The notes: generated from the letters alone by a model not told the origin. A stretch of 64,000 nt of DNA from Paludibacter sp. (GCF_009712605.1 NZ_WASO01000009.1:143990-207989), one strand, 5' to 3'; counted from the stretch's first letter, positions 31,041 through 42,017 are shown. A program made the numbers and translations.

Positions 31041-32993
31041 TTATTTTTTATCTTTTCCTCTCAGAGGCTCTTCCGTTGTTTTTACAGCTACCACATCCTT
31101 TTTCTTTTCCGGATCCATCATTTCCATTAGCTTAAGTCCCAACAGACCATCCATTGCATTTCCTCCGTTACTACCATTGGCGCCGATTAAAACATCAGGT
31201 ATTAATTTAATGTTCCCTTTCGAAAGTTCTTCCGTAATTTTATAACGGGTAAAGTTTTCTCCACCCAACGCCTTCACCGCTAATTCGTAAGCTTCTGCAG
31301 TAGACTTACCAACTGCTAAAATTTTCTGAGCCTCTGCGTTACCGGTCAAAGCAATTTGTTCGGCCTGGGCAGCAGCTTTCAGACGAATAGCTTCCGACTC
31401 GGCCTGGGCACGCATTTTGGTTGCTTCTGCTTCAGCGCCCACTGCCACTTTTACGCTGGTAGCATCCCCCTCTGATTTTTTTACGGTTGCATTGGCCAAG
31501 CGTTCTGCAATTTCAACACCCTGTTGAGCTTTTACAATTTCTTTCTGCATATCGGCAATAGCCGTTTCTTTTTCCATTCCCTGGCGTGTTTCCTGAGCCT
31601 TTTTTTCCGTCTCATAGGTGATTTTCTGTTCTTCCGCCAACTTTCTATCCGTAAGAGTTTTCATCAGAGAATCAGGAGGTACAATATCACCAATAAGAGT
31701 GTCTACGGCATTCACATTGTATTCGTCGAGTACCATTTTAATGTGGGCTTTCGCTGATTCCTGACGTTCCTTACGCGTACTAAGGAAAGCAATCACATCA
31801 CTATCCTGAGCCGAATTACGGAAATAGTTACCAATGGTTGGCTCAAGAACCTGAGAAACCAGATTGACCATATTACCGAAACGGGCAATCACTTTAGGAG
31901 CCTCCGTTGTAGGTACATGAATAATTTGTGCCACGTCGAGGTTGAATGGGAATCCGTCCTTTGAGCGAACCGTTATGGTTGACAGGTTTTTATCCAGATT
32001 ATGAGCTTCACTTCTTGCTGTAGCCCAGTTTAGTACAAGATTGGTAGTCGGTACCAGTTCTACTTTCATAGTATAAATATTGATCGGGTATTTGCCGGGA
32101 CCAAGCGGTTCAATCCACACACCTTTATTCCCTTTGTCTACAATGTTACCATGCTTAAAATCAGAACCGGTCAAATCTTTACCTTCGTTGCCAATAAACG
32201 AAATCACCACACCAACATATCCAATTGGAATTTCAGTCATTGGGATTTCTTCAATTTGAAGAGCCCATGGATTAAGGTTATACGATCCTGCCAGAATTAC
32301 CTGAGGTTGTAGTCCTCTGTTACCTCCATTTTGCAAGAAAGCATCAAAATTCTGAAAATTATTGTGGCCATCGACCAATTTTCCTGCAATCTGACCAGCT
32401 TCGATAGGAAGCCCATCAAGAGTAGTTACTATTCCAACTCGGCTTTCCTGAATCCGCACCATATCGGTGATTGAAACTTGAAAAAGCATTGTATTGATAC
32501 GATATGAACCTGCTGTGATATAAGCTGTTTGCCGACCTCTTTGACCTCCATTAATCAAAAACTTCTCTGCATCCTGAAAATTATCGCAATCTACTGAATG
32601 CCCCAGAATACTTCCGGTCGGTATTGGCTCTCCATCTTTTGCTAACACCAACCCGATTTTCCCTTCCGGAATAACCGTAAACTGCTCCATGGTAACATCA
32701 TATTGCCAGAACCATTTCCCGAAATAAAGCCCAGGAGCCAAGGTTTTAGCTTGAAAACCAGCTTCTCCTTTGGTTGCAATAATGCGTCCATCAGGCAATG
32801 CTTTATCGGAGCCAAACAACACAAACTTCTTGGTTACCAAACCAATCCGATCTTCTGGAACGATCACCATTCCACAGAGAAATCTTAGAATAATCTTATA
32901 AAGCACAACACACAGGACAATTGGAATTATCCACCAATATCCGATTAAAATATCAACCATAATTTCAAAAATTAAAATGAGAGTTAAAAACAA
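31041..32993 (-). CDS. Flotillin-like SPFH/band-7 domain protein
   Basis: There is an N-terminal TM segment and an SPFH domain. A long Ala/Glu-rich coiled coil (AEAEAT..AQAESEAIRLKAAAQAEQ) is typical of bacterial flotillins. Confidence 0.75.
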   Translation of the reverse strand: MFLTLILIFEIMVDILIGYWWIIPIVLCVVLYKIILRFLCGMVIVPEDRIGLVTKKFVLFGSDKALPDGRIIATKGEAGFQAKTLAPGLYFGKWFWQYDVTMEQFTVIPEGKIGLVLAKDGEPIPTGSILGHSVDCDNFQDAEKFLINGGQRGRQTAYITAGSYRINTMLFQVSITDMVRIQESRVGIVTTLDGLPIEAGQIAGKLVDGHNNFQNFDAFLQNGGNRGLQPQVILAGSYNLNPWALQIEEIPMTEIPIGYVGVVISFIGNEGKDLTGSDFKHGNIVDKGNKGVWIEPLGPGKYPINIYTMKVELVPTTNLVLNWATARSEAHNLDKNLSTITVRSKDGFPFNLDVAQIIHVPTTEAPKVIARFGNMVNLVSQVLEPTIGNYFRNSAQDSDVIAFLSTRKERQESAKAHIKMVLDEYNVNAVDTLIGDIVPPDSLMKTLTDRKLAEEQKITYETEKKAQETRQGMEKETAIADMQKEIVKAQQGVEIAERLANATVKKSEGDATSVKVAVGAEAEATKMRAQAESEAIRLKAAAQAEQIALTGNAEAQKILAVGKSTAEAYELAVKALGGENFTRYKITEELSKGNIKLIPDVLIGANGSNGGNAMDGLLGLKLMEMMDPEKKKDVVAVKTTEEPLRGKDKK

Positions 32994-33292
32994 TTTTTAC
33001 AATCGTCAAATATATGAATTTTTCAAATTATACAAACAAAATAATAAATGTTTAGTATCTAAATTTAAGTAAAATAATCCTCCGCTCACATCTAAAGACA
33101 CAAACATCAATCCACCTTCCCCATTAAAATAATAAATAACAACACATTACAATATTCACAACGACTAAACAGCAATAAAACTCTTAGCAATATCCTCTTC
33201 AAATCGTAATAACTTCGCAATAGCTCCACCCTAATTTTGCATGTGTAAAAAGGCAATCAACGCTTCGGCTGGTTGCTTAAAACAAACAACAA

Positions 33293-33916
33293 ATGCCCGA
33301 CGATTTAGTCTTTTATATCAGTCAATATGGCTATCTGGCCTTATTCTTCTTCATTTTCCTTCAAGAGATCGGAGCTCCCACTCCCCTGCCCAACGAACTT
33401 ATTCTTATATTTTCCGGCTATCTGGCTTTTACCGGAATTCTGAAATTGCTTCCGCTGATTCTTACAGTGGCTGGAGCCGATTTACTGGCGGCAGTCACTC
33501 TTTACGTAATTTTCAACCTATTCGGAACTTTTTTGCTGAGTGCAAAATCTCGATGGATTCCCATTTCTCAACAAAGCATCCACAAACAATCGCAAAAAAT
33601 AGCCCGCCTTGGATTTAAGGGAATCGTCATCGGACGACTATCTCCCTTTATCCGGGGCTATGTGGCTGTTATCTGCGGCCTGCTGCATATCAACCCAAAA
33701 AGATACGGCATCACCATACTAGCCACCTCGGTCATCTGGAGCTCGTTCTACATTGCAACTGGTTATCTTTTAGGACCGTACTGGAAAAATATCGATACAC
33801 ATCTCGAAGAATTCAAATACATGCTAATGGCAATACCAGCCGGAATTTTCCTTTGGATTGTTACCCGATACATTATCGGCATAGTATACAAGCGACATGC
33901 ACCAAACACTTTATAA
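33293..33916 (+). CDS. DedA family (VTT domain) membrane protein
   Basis: YGYLALFFFIFLQEIGAPTPLPNELILIFSGY is the DedA signature. Confidence 0.75.
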   Translation: MPDDLVFYISQYGYLALFFFIFLQEIGAPTPLPNELILIFSGYLAFTGILKLLPLILTVAGADLLAAVTLYVIFNLFGTFLLSAKSRWIPISQQSIHKQSQKIARLGFKGIVIGRLSPFIRGYVAVICGLLHINPKRYGITILATSVIWSSFYIATGYLLGPYWKNIDTHLEEFKYMLMAIPAGIFLWIVTRYIIGIVYKRHAPNTL

Positions 33917-33971
33917 CAAACCATATCCACATAGTTACTTACAACAACCATTTTATAAATATTGTAGCAAG

Positions 33972-35024
33972 ATGAAAGTACACGTAATATCCGAAACCGC
34001 CTACATGATGAAAGGCAATGGAGTACACACTGCATTTGTTGATCATGTGGAACTCCTCAAGGCAAATCAGGATCTTGAAACCGTAGTAAACAATGAAGAG
34101 AGAGGCGATGTGATGCACAGTCACACATACGGCCCCTTCTATTTCTGGAAAGGTCTCCGATATAAACATAAAAGAGTATTCACCGCCCACGTTATCCCCG
34201 ATTCCATAAAAGGTTCGCTACCCGCCTGGAAACTCTGGATGCCTTTCGTGAAATGGTACTTCAAACAGGTCTATTCGTATGCCGATGTCTGCATTGCCAT
34301 TTCGCCGCGGGTGGAAGAAGCCATCATCGAGACCGGAGCCAAAACAAAAATAGAACGGGTATACAACCCGATTCCCGTTGACCGATGGATATGCTCTCCC
34401 GAAAAACGCCGTCAGGGACGTGAAATACTGGGAATCAAAGAGAACGAATTTGTTGTTTTGGGCGTGGGACAGCTACAAGCCCGCAAAGGAGTGGAAGACT
34501 TTATGGATGTAGCTGCTTCCATACCTGAAGCACGCTTTGTGTGGGCCGGCGGTCGTCCTTTCGGTCCGATGACCGAAGGCATCACCCGTATCGACACCCG
34601 CATTGCCGAAAGCGAAGGCTCCAACATACAGTTTACCGGAATGTTGGGCTTAGACAAAATGCCACTTATTTACGCCGCCGCCGACCTGATGCTCTTCCCG
34701 TCGTATCAGGAAAATTGCCCGCTGGCACCCATCGAAGGAGCTGCCTGTGGACTGCCGGTAGTTTTCCGCGACCTTGCGGAATACACGACGCTTTACGAGC
34801 GCCCGTACATGAAAGCTTCCACCACCGACGAATTTATCCGACTGACTCGCGAAATGATGTCGGATTCCAAAAAATTAGAGGAAGGAAGAGCCATTTCGCA
34901 GGCACTGATACGGCAATTCGACAAGCATGAAATACGCGAAAAGCTGTTGAATATTTATCAATATCTCTACGAAAGCGACCTGCAACGGGCTGCATCAAAA
35001 TTTCCCTCATTCCAGACAACCTGA
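33972..35024 (+). CDS. Glycosyltransferase family 4 (group 1 GT, MGS-like)
   Basis: It has a GT-B fold and the C-terminal E-x7-E-like region LFPSYQENCPLAPIEGAACGLPVV. Confidence 0.7.
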   Translation: MKVHVISETAYMMKGNGVHTAFVDHVELLKANQDLETVVNNEERGDVMHSHTYGPFYFWKGLRYKHKRVFTAHVIPDSIKGSLPAWKLWMPFVKWYFKQVYSYADVCIAISPRVEEAIIETGAKTKIERVYNPIPVDRWICSPEKRRQGREILGIKENEFVVLGVGQLQARKGVEDFMDVAASIPEARFVWAGGRPFGPMTEGITRIDTRIAESEGSNIQFTGMLGLDKMPLIYAAADLMLFPSYQENCPLAPIEGAACGLPVVFRDLAEYTTLYERPYMKASTTDEFIRLTREMMSDSKKLEEGRAISQALIRQFDKHEIREKLLNIYQYLYESDLQRAASKFPSFQTT

Positions 35025-35123
35025 TTTTTCTATCTCTTTTCCGGAAGCGGATACTCATTCGGGTATCCGCTTTTTTGCTTCATTTCCACATCATGTTGTT
35101 TATAATAAACAGATTACCGTTAT

Positions 35124-35155
35124 TTTGGAAGGAGTAAGGCAAAAACGTATCTTTG
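35124..35155 (+). promoter_or_regulatory. Putative thrA promoter: -33 TTTG (35124-35127) and -7 TATCTTTG (35148-35155), followed by a ~130-nt leader
   Basis: The consensus match has a 20-bp spacer. The leader contains a GGAATGG...CCATTTCC stem. Confidence 0.4.
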
Positions 35156-35288
35156 TACTGAGATTTATCCGAAGCCATTTGTCTGCATTTATTCTCACCG
35201 CAGGCCGGGGAATGGATTTGTAACCATTTCCTTGTTGGAAGAAGAAAATCATCACTAAAACTATTTATTTACTTAAAAAACAAAACAA

Positions 35289-37724
35289 ATGAAGGTCTTA
35301 AAATTTGGTGGAACATCCGTAGGTTCCATCGAAAGCATTCTGGAGGTAAAAAAAATCGTTGAAGCCCAGCAGGAGCCGGTAATCGTAGTAGTTTCCGCAC
35401 TGGGTGGCATCACCGATCAACTCTACCATGTTTCTAACTTAGCCGCTAGCGGCGACCCGACCTACATCGATGCCATGCAGGCAATTGTCAAAAGGCATAT
35501 CGATGTGGTAAATGGCGTTGTTCCTGCCGAAAAACGAACTCAGGTCACTACAACTATCACCGACTTACTGGAAGAACTCACCAACATTATGAAAGGGATC
35601 TTCCTGCTTCAAGACCTTACTCAGAAAATCACCGACTCTATTGTGAGTTATGGTGAACGCGCCTCTTCGTCCATTGTCGGACAGGTGATTGACAATGCCG
35701 TTACGTACGACTCTCGTAAATTCATCAAAACTGTTCCGCAGTTTACCAAACATATCGTCGATTTTCACACCACCAACGCGCTTATCAAACAGCAGTTTGC
35801 CAACGAGCAAAAAGTGGTTGTGTGCGGAGGATTTATCTCTTCCGACACCCGTACCAATGTGGTGACCAATCTTGGTCGCGGTGGTTCCGACTACACGGCT
35901 GCTATTCTGGCGGCTGCTTTGAAAGCTTCCGTACTGGAAATATGGACCGACGTGGACGGCTTTATGACAGCCGACCCACGCATCATCAGCAACACCTACG
36001 TGATCGATAAGCTTTCGTTTATTGAAGCAATGGAGCTGTGCAACTTTGGTGCCAAGGTGATCTATCCGCCGACCATCTACCCTGCATATCACAAAAATAT
36101 TCCAATCCGGATCAAGAACACGTTCAATCCGTCAGCTCCGGGAACTTATATTTCCAACGATCGCACCACCGATACAGTGAAAGCGATCAAGGGTATCTCG
36201 TCCATCAACGACACCTGTTTGATTACCGTTCAGGGATTGGGCATGGTAGGCGTAATCGGCGTGAACTACCGTATTTTCAAAGCATTGGCCAAAAACGGAA
36301 TCAGCGTATTCCTCGTTTCGCAGGCAGCTTCGGAAAACAACACTTCGTTTGCTGTTAAAAACAGCGATGCCGACCTGGCCGTAAAAGCGCTCGACGAAGA
36401 GTTTGCACGTGAGATAGAACTGGGCGAAATGAATCATGCAGTTGCCGAAAGAGATTTGGCTACCGTTGCCATCGTTGGCGAAAACATGAAACGCATCCCT
36501 GGTATCGCAGGTAAACTGTTCGGCACGCTAGGCCGTAACGGTATCAACGTCATTGCCTGTGCACAGGGTGCTTCGGAAACCAACATCTCGTTCGTTACCG
36601 ACCTGAAATCGCTGCGCAAAGCGCTGAACGTAATCCACGATTCGTTCTTCCTCTCCGACTATCAGGTGCTCAACGTATTCCTCACCGGTACGGGTACCGT
36701 GGGTGGTAGCCTACTCGACCAAATTCGTCAGCAACAACCCAAACTGATGGCTAAAAAAGGATTAAAGCTTAACGTGGTGGGTATTGCCAATGCCGAGAAG
36801 GCACTCTTTACCCGCGAAGGCATCGATCTGGAAACTTACAAGGAAGAAATCGAAGCGAAAGGCAAACCGACCTCTCCGCAACTGTTGCGCGACGAGATTT
36901 TGGGCATGAATATCTTCAACTCGGTATTTGTAGACTGTACGGCGAGTCCCGAGGTTGCAACCATCTACAAAGACTTGTTGTCGAACAACGTTTCGGTGGT
37001 AGCTGCCAACAAAATTGCCGCTTCATCGGAATACGAAAACTATGCCGAGCTAAAATCGATTGCCAGCAAACGCGGCATCAAGTTCCTCTTTGAAACCAAT
37101 GTAGGAGCCGGGCTGCCGATTATGAATACCATCAACAACCTGATTAATTCGGGCGACCGTATTCTGAAAATGGAAGCCGTGCTTTCGGGTACACTCAACT
37201 ATATTTTCAACACGCTGAGTGCCGAAAACACACTGAGCAAGACCATCCGCATGGCAAAAGAGGCCGGTTACTCCGAACCCGATCCGCGCATCGACCTGAG
37301 TGGCAAGGACGTGATTCGCAAGCTGATTATCCTGTCGCGCGAAGCCGGTTACCGGGTAGAACAATCGGATGTAGAGTGTAACCTGTTTATCCCCGAAAAC
37401 TATTTCAAAGGCTCGCTGGAAGATTTCTGGAACACCATCGGCGAAATGGATGCGCAGTTCGAGCAACACCGTCAACGCCTCGAAACCGAGCACAAACGTC
37501 TCCGTTTTGTGGCTACCATGGAAGAGGGCAAATGCAGTGTAGGACTGCAAGAAGTTGACCAACGCCATCCGCTGTACGATCTGGAAGGCAGCAACAACAT
37601 CCTGATGATTACCACCGAACGCTACAACGACTATCCGATGATTATCAAAGGATACGGCGCCGGTGCCGGTGTGACAGCTGCCGGTGTCTTTGCCGACATC
37701 ATCAGCATCGCCAATATACGGTAA
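35289..37724 (+). CDS. thrA: Bifunctional aspartate kinase / homoserine dehydrogenase
   Basis: MKVLKFGGTSVGS (AK N-terminus), ACT domains, and the C-terminal HSD Rossmann and catalytic domains are present. Confidence 0.9.
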   Translation: MKVLKFGGTSVGSIESILEVKKIVEAQQEPVIVVVSALGGITDQLYHVSNLAASGDPTYIDAMQAIVKRHIDVVNGVVPAEKRTQVTTTITDLLEELTNIMKGIFLLQDLTQKITDSIVSYGERASSSIVGQVIDNAVTYDSRKFIKTVPQFTKHIVDFHTTNALIKQQFANEQKVVVCGGFISSDTRTNVVTNLGRGGSDYTAAILAAALKASVLEIWTDVDGFMTADPRIISNTYVIDKLSFIEAMELCNFGAKVIYPPTIYPAYHKNIPIRIKNTFNPSAPGTYISNDRTTDTVKAIKGISSINDTCLITVQGLGMVGVIGVNYRIFKALAKNGISVFLVSQAASENNTSFAVKNSDADLAVKALDEEFAREIELGEMNHAVAERDLATVAIVGENMKRIPGIAGKLFGTLGRNGINVIACAQGASETNISFVTDLKSLRKALNVIHDSFFLSDYQVLNVFLTGTGTVGGSLLDQIRQQQPKLMAKKGLKLNVVGIANAEKALFTREGIDLETYKEEIEAKGKPTSPQLLRDEILGMNIFNSVFVDCTASPEVATIYKDLLSNNVSVVAANKIAASSEYENYAELKSIASKRGIKFLFETNVGAGLPIMNTINNLINSGDRILKMEAVLSGTLNYIFNTLSAENTLSKTIRMAKEAGYSEPDPRIDLSGKDVIRKLIILSREAGYRVEQSDVECNLFIPENYFKGSLEDFWNTIGEMDAQFEQHRQRLETEHKRLRFVATMEEGKCSVGLQEVDQRHPLYDLEGSNNILMITTERYNDYPMIIKGYGAGAGVTAAGVFADIISIANIR

Positions 37725-37739
37725 TCAATTGAACTGATT

Positions 37740-37806
37740 GCGCGATTAAAAATCGCGCCACCCAACAAAACTCCCCGCTTTCGAACGAAGGCGGGGAGTT
37801 TTTGTT
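37740..37806 (+). terminator. Tandem hairpins after thrA. The second is a canonical intrinsic terminator.
   Basis: GCGCGATTAAAAATCGCGC, then CTCCCCGC-TTTCGAACGAAG-GCGGGGAG followed by TTTTTGTTT. Confidence 0.6.
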
Positions 37807-37817
37807 TGCGATCAAAT

Positions 37818-38873
37818 CTAATTTTGATTCATTACAAAACTTGAGGATTCTACCTGTAAACTTGTATGTAAAGATGCTTCTTTGTCTTTTTTAGTCAAAT
37901 CTATTTTGAACATTTTTGTATTAAATCCGATATGAATCCGATCAGATATGGAATCCGTCTGACTAATATTCATAGCATTAAAAGCCTTCTCCAACACCTC
38001 TTCATTTTTTTCAATACTATCTTCCGGATGAACAAGATTCCATTCATTTTCCTTTACAAATAATAATAACCGGCGTTGATCATGTCCTTCTAACCATTCT
38101 CCAACAATGTGCCACCATCGTTGATCTGTAGCTCCCAATGAAAGTCCAAAAATACATATTAAACGACTTTTCATGATGAGAGATTCTCCTATTCGATTAT
38201 TCAAGTTTTTACGCTTGTCATTAATAACCGGTTTGATAATTGTCCGTTGAAGCTTCTTATCTGTTGCAATATTTTCATTTGTTATTTGAGATACATTATC
38301 CACTCCCATAATAAGGTCTTCTTCTGTCGTGCCATGTAGATGTAATATTTGGCTAATACTATCAATGTAATTTAATCTGCTAAGCGAAAATTTTTCTTTA
38401 AGAATTGACAAACAGTTATCCAAAACGCTCGTATAATTGAAGGTTATAAAATTGTACTGTATAGTTTCTGATATATTTAGGATTGGACTCCGGATGGTTA
38501 AATCTAATGGTTGTAATTCATTTTGAAATTTTTGCATTGAATATCTAAAAACCGAAATAATGTCATCTTCAGATTGTTGATAATCTATATGAGATTCCTG
38601 GTTCTTTAAATGCAAAACCAAGAATTCTCTAAAATTTTTAATACAAAAATAATAATCATCAATCGTGTCTATTGTGAATTTTTCCGTATAAACACCCATC
38701 TGCTTTTCAAAATCAGACCAATCTTCCAAATCAAGATTAATATCCTCTTTAAACTTGCAAAGCCGAGGATCGGTATCTTTTCGCTTTAAGTATGCTTCCA
38801 ACACATCCTTAAAACGAGTCTTCAGGCCGACGTTCAAGTCACACCCATTTCCTATTAAAAACAAAACTTCCAT
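37818..38873 (-). CDS. AbiH-family abortive infection protein
   Basis: The N-terminus MEVLFLIGNGCDLNVGLKTRFKDV matches the AbiH signature (L[FI]IIGNGFDLahGL.T.Y.dF). The gene is AT-rich and sits alone between the thrA terminator and an unrelated peptidase gene. Confidence 0.65.
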   Translation of the reverse strand: MEVLFLIGNGCDLNVGLKTRFKDVLEAYLKRKDTDPRLCKFKEDINLDLEDWSDFEKQMGVYTEKFTIDTIDDYYFCIKNFREFLVLHLKNQESHIDYQQSEDDIISVFRYSMQKFQNELQPLDLTIRSPILNISETIQYNFITFNYTSVLDNCLSILKEKFSLSRLNYIDSISQILHLHGTTEEDLIMGVDNVSQITNENIATDKKLQRTIIKPVINDKRKNLNNRIGESLIMKSRLICIFGLSLGATDQRWWHIVGEWLEGHDQRRLLLFVKENEWNLVHPEDSIEKNEEVLEKAFNAMNISQTDSISDRIHIGFNTKMFKIDLTKKDKEASLHTSLQVESSSFVMNQN

Positions 38874-39186
38874 GATGATTATAAGATTATATGTTGTCTA
38901 TCAGAATTCTTATCTACTTAAAGTAGAATGTACATTCTTATTTTTAGTCTAAAAAATCCCTTCAAAACTAAAGTATTTTTTTTATTTCATCAAACTTTTT
39001 TTATTCCTTGAGAAATACGGTTTTTCATCAAGACGAATTAGCCATAACCGCTAATGTTATTTTTGAATCAAACAATAAAACCAAGATAAAAAGAAGCCTT
39101 CGCAAACATTAAGAAAGCCCCGCCGGAATCTATCCGACGGGGCTTTGGCTTTCTTTACTCTTTGATCTTTATTCTTTGCTCTAAAC

Positions 39187-41232
39187 TTACCAGATCAGAG
39201 CCTGTTTTTCTTTCGGCAAATACATCTTGTCGCCCGGTTTCACACCAAAGGCTTCGAGGAACATGTCGATATGAGGCAATGTGCCGTCGACACGCCATTT
39301 GGCCAGCGAGTGAGGATCGAGCTTTGTGAGACGCAGTTTTTCCTGATCGCGGATATTGCTTGCCCAAACGGTAGCATAACCGAGGAAGAAACGTTGAGCC
39401 GGTGTAAAGCCGTCCATCTTTTCAGGATTGATATCGCCTTTTTTCATAGCATTCTGCATAGCAACGTATGAAATATGAAGACCACCGTTATCAGCAAGGT
39501 TTTCACCCAGTGTCAGTTTACCATTAGCTTTGGTGCCGGGAACCACTTCGATGTTATTGAAATAGTCAACCAACACAGAAGCGCGGGCATCAAATTTCTT
39601 CGAATCTTCGGGCTGCCACCAGTCTTTCAGGTTACCTGTCAGGTCATACTGGCGACCTTCATCGTCGAAACCGTGTGTCATTTCGTGACCGATTACCACA
39701 CCGATAGCACCGTAATTGGCAGCATCGTCAGCCTGTTGGTTGAAGAAAGGAGGTTGCAGAATAGCTGCCGGGAAACAAATTTCGTTAGTTGTCGGTTGGT
39801 AGTAAGCATTTACAGTTTGCGGAGTCATCAACCATTCGTTCACGTCGGTCGGTTTGTCCACTTTGTTGAGCATGTAAGCCAAATCAAACTGGTTGGAACG
39901 AAGGATGTTTGCAAAATAGCTGTCGGTCGACACCTTCAGATTGCTATAATCGCGCCATTTGTCAGGATAACCGATCTTCACGTGAATTGCTTTCAGCTTT
40001 TCAATAGCTGTATTTTTGGTCTGCTGATCCATCCATTCTGAAGCCTGAATGCGTTGCGCAAAGGCATCCTGAAGATTGTGAACCAGTTCCACCATACGTT
40101 TTTTTGCTGCGGGTGGGAAATATTTTTCCACGTACATCTGACCAACAGCTTCGCCCAGTGAACCATTGATGGTAGTCACCACACGTTTCCAGCGCGGACG
40201 CATCACTTCGCGACCCGACATTGCCTTTCCGAAGAAAGCAAAGTTGGTTGTCACGAAATCTTCGCTCAAATAAGGAGCAGCTGTACTGATAACGTTCCAG
40301 GCAAAATAAGCCTTGATGGCATTGGGTTTCGCAGTTTTCAGAACATTTTGAACTGCCTTGATAAATTCGGGCTGAGCCACATTCAGGCTTTTCAGGTTCG
40401 GCAAACCGATACTTTTGAAATAGGTATTGAAGTCAACATCAGGAGTCATTGCCACCAGTTTGGGCAGCTCCATTTTGTTGAAGTTTTTGTGCGGATCGCG
40501 GAGTGTTACACGGTCGAACGATGCTTTTGCCAGTTCGGTTTCGAGAGCCATCACTTCTTCTGTCAGTTTTGCGGCCGGAGTTTTAGTCAGCTTGGCGTAA
40601 CCCGAAAGATCGAACATCTTGGTCATCATCTCCTGATATTTGGCACGGATTTCTTTGGTATGGTCGTCATTTTCGAGGTAATAGTCGCGTTGTCCCATAC
40701 CGATTCCACCCTGATACAACCATGCAATAGTCATTTTACTATTGGTATAGTCGGCCTCGGTAGTCAATTCGAAGAACGGGAAAATACCATTTTTGTGCAA
40801 GGTAATCAACTCACCCTGAATCTGTTTTTTGGTCGCCAGTTTCGAGATAACTTCAAGCAATGGTTTGATAGGTGCAGCTCCCTGTTGTTGCAGTTTCACG
40901 CTGTCCATACCCATATTATAGAGAGTGGCAATTTTGTCGGGAATAGAACCCGCAGCATGTTGCTGAGTTGCCAAAGTGGTAATAAGTTCTTTCAACTTCG
41001 ACTGGTTTTCTTCAGCCAGTTTGTCGAAACTACCGTAACGGGCATATTCAGCTGTCAATGGGTGGTTTTTCATCCAACCGCCACAGGCATACTGATAGAA
41101 ATCGTCAGCCGGATTGGCCGTCGTGTCCATATTGGCACGATCAATTCCCGAAGTCTGATTCGGAGCCGGGACTGGCTTAGAGGCTGTAAAAAGGGCAAGA
41201 GCACATCCTGCCAGAATCACAAATTTCTTCAT
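39187..41232 (-). CDS. M13 family zinc metallopeptidase (PepO/neprilysin-like), secreted
   Basis: VIGHEMTHGFDDEGRQYD is the HExxH motif and ENLADNGG the GENIAD-like motif. The start is trimmed to MKKFVILAGC. Confidence 0.8.
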   Translation of the reverse strand: MKKFVILAGCALALFTASKPVPAPNQTSGIDRANMDTTANPADDFYQYACGGWMKNHPLTAEYARYGSFDKLAEENQSKLKELITTLATQQHAAGSIPDKIATLYNMGMDSVKLQQQGAAPIKPLLEVISKLATKKQIQGELITLHKNGIFPFFELTTEADYTNSKMTIAWLYQGGIGMGQRDYYLENDDHTKEIRAKYQEMMTKMFDLSGYAKLTKTPAAKLTEEVMALETELAKASFDRVTLRDPHKNFNKMELPKLVAMTPDVDFNTYFKSIGLPNLKSLNVAQPEFIKAVQNVLKTAKPNAIKAYFAWNVISTAAPYLSEDFVTTNFAFFGKAMSGREVMRPRWKRVVTTINGSLGEAVGQMYVEKYFPPAAKKRMVELVHNLQDAFAQRIQASEWMDQQTKNTAIEKLKAIHVKIGYPDKWRDYSNLKVSTDSYFANILRSNQFDLAYMLNKVDKPTDVNEWLMTPQTVNAYYQPTTNEICFPAAILQPPFFNQQADDAANYGAIGVVIGHEMTHGFDDEGRQYDLTGNLKDWWQPEDSKKFDARASVLVDYFNNIEVVPGTKANGKLTLGENLADNGGLHISYVAMQNAMKKGDINPEKMDGFTPAQRFFLGYATVWASNIRDQEKLRLTKLDPHSLAKWRVDGTLPHIDMFLEAFGVKPGDKMYLPKEKQALIW

Positions 41233-41474
41233 TCGCGAAAAATTAAATGTAAATAAATATTCTACAAGAAATGCCATTATCCGGCAATAATCACTTGGGA
41301 TAACAGCATTTTAAGGTTTAATGTGCAAAGTTAAATGAAAAAACAGAAAGGCAAACTTTTTTATGAAATTATATGCATGGAATATCTTATTCTGAAAAAT
41401 AAAAAAGAGCAAAACCGAATTGTTTTCAGTTTTGCCCTTAGCTTATTTTTGACTCAAAAAAGAGATGATTATTC

Positions 41475-42017
41475 TCAGTGTTGCGCTTCTTCCTCAAAGT
41501 TTACATCTCCAAACCCTTCACTATCAAGTTCGTCAGCATTAAACTCTTCATCACCGTAAAACTGTTCATCAATATCGCCGGTTCCCTGCACAACAGCCAT
41601 TTCATTAAAATCAACAAACTGTTTCGGAGGTTGTCCTTCAGAGCGTGTACACACGGCTTTATCGCTGTTTTGGCGGGGGATCAACTCCTGCATGGTAATA
41701 AAAAATGCACGATCGGCCATCAGATCAAAATAGTACAAGAGTTTTTGCTTCTCATCGGTAATATAATCCTCAAGAGAAGTTGTATCCATTACCAAATTAT
41801 CATATTCGGAGCTGGTTTCCATTTCAATCAGGGTAATCTCCTGTTGTTTTTCCCATTCGTCATCGCAAAGGAAAAACGAGGTGATCTGATCTTTTTCATA
41901 GTTGACGGACTCTAAAATTGCATTATGCAAATCAAAAAATGTAGCACTTGCATCAATGGTAATTTCGCGCATAAAATCATCAACTTCGTCCGATAGAATA
42001 AGGAATTTGTAGAGCAT
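41475..42017 (-). CDS. Hypothetical acidic protein (possibly pRiA4b ORF-3-like fold)
   Basis: The C-terminus is highly acidic. The start is trimmed to MLYKFLIL. It is divergent from dnaX. Confidence 0.35.
   Translation of the reverse strand: MLYKFLILSDEVDDFMREITIDASATFFDLHNAILESVNYEKDQITSFFLCDDEWEKQQEITLIEMETSSEYDNLVMDTTSLEDYITDEKQKLLYYFDLMADRAFFITMQELIPRQNSDKAVCTRSEGQPPKQFVDFNEMAVVQGTGDIDEQFYGDEEFNADELDSEGFGDVNFEEEAQH

Noticed and set aside
40348-41256. 302-aa plus-strand ORF
   Set aside because: It is antisense to the M13 peptidase gene and Cys/His-rich in a way typical of reverse-frame artefacts.
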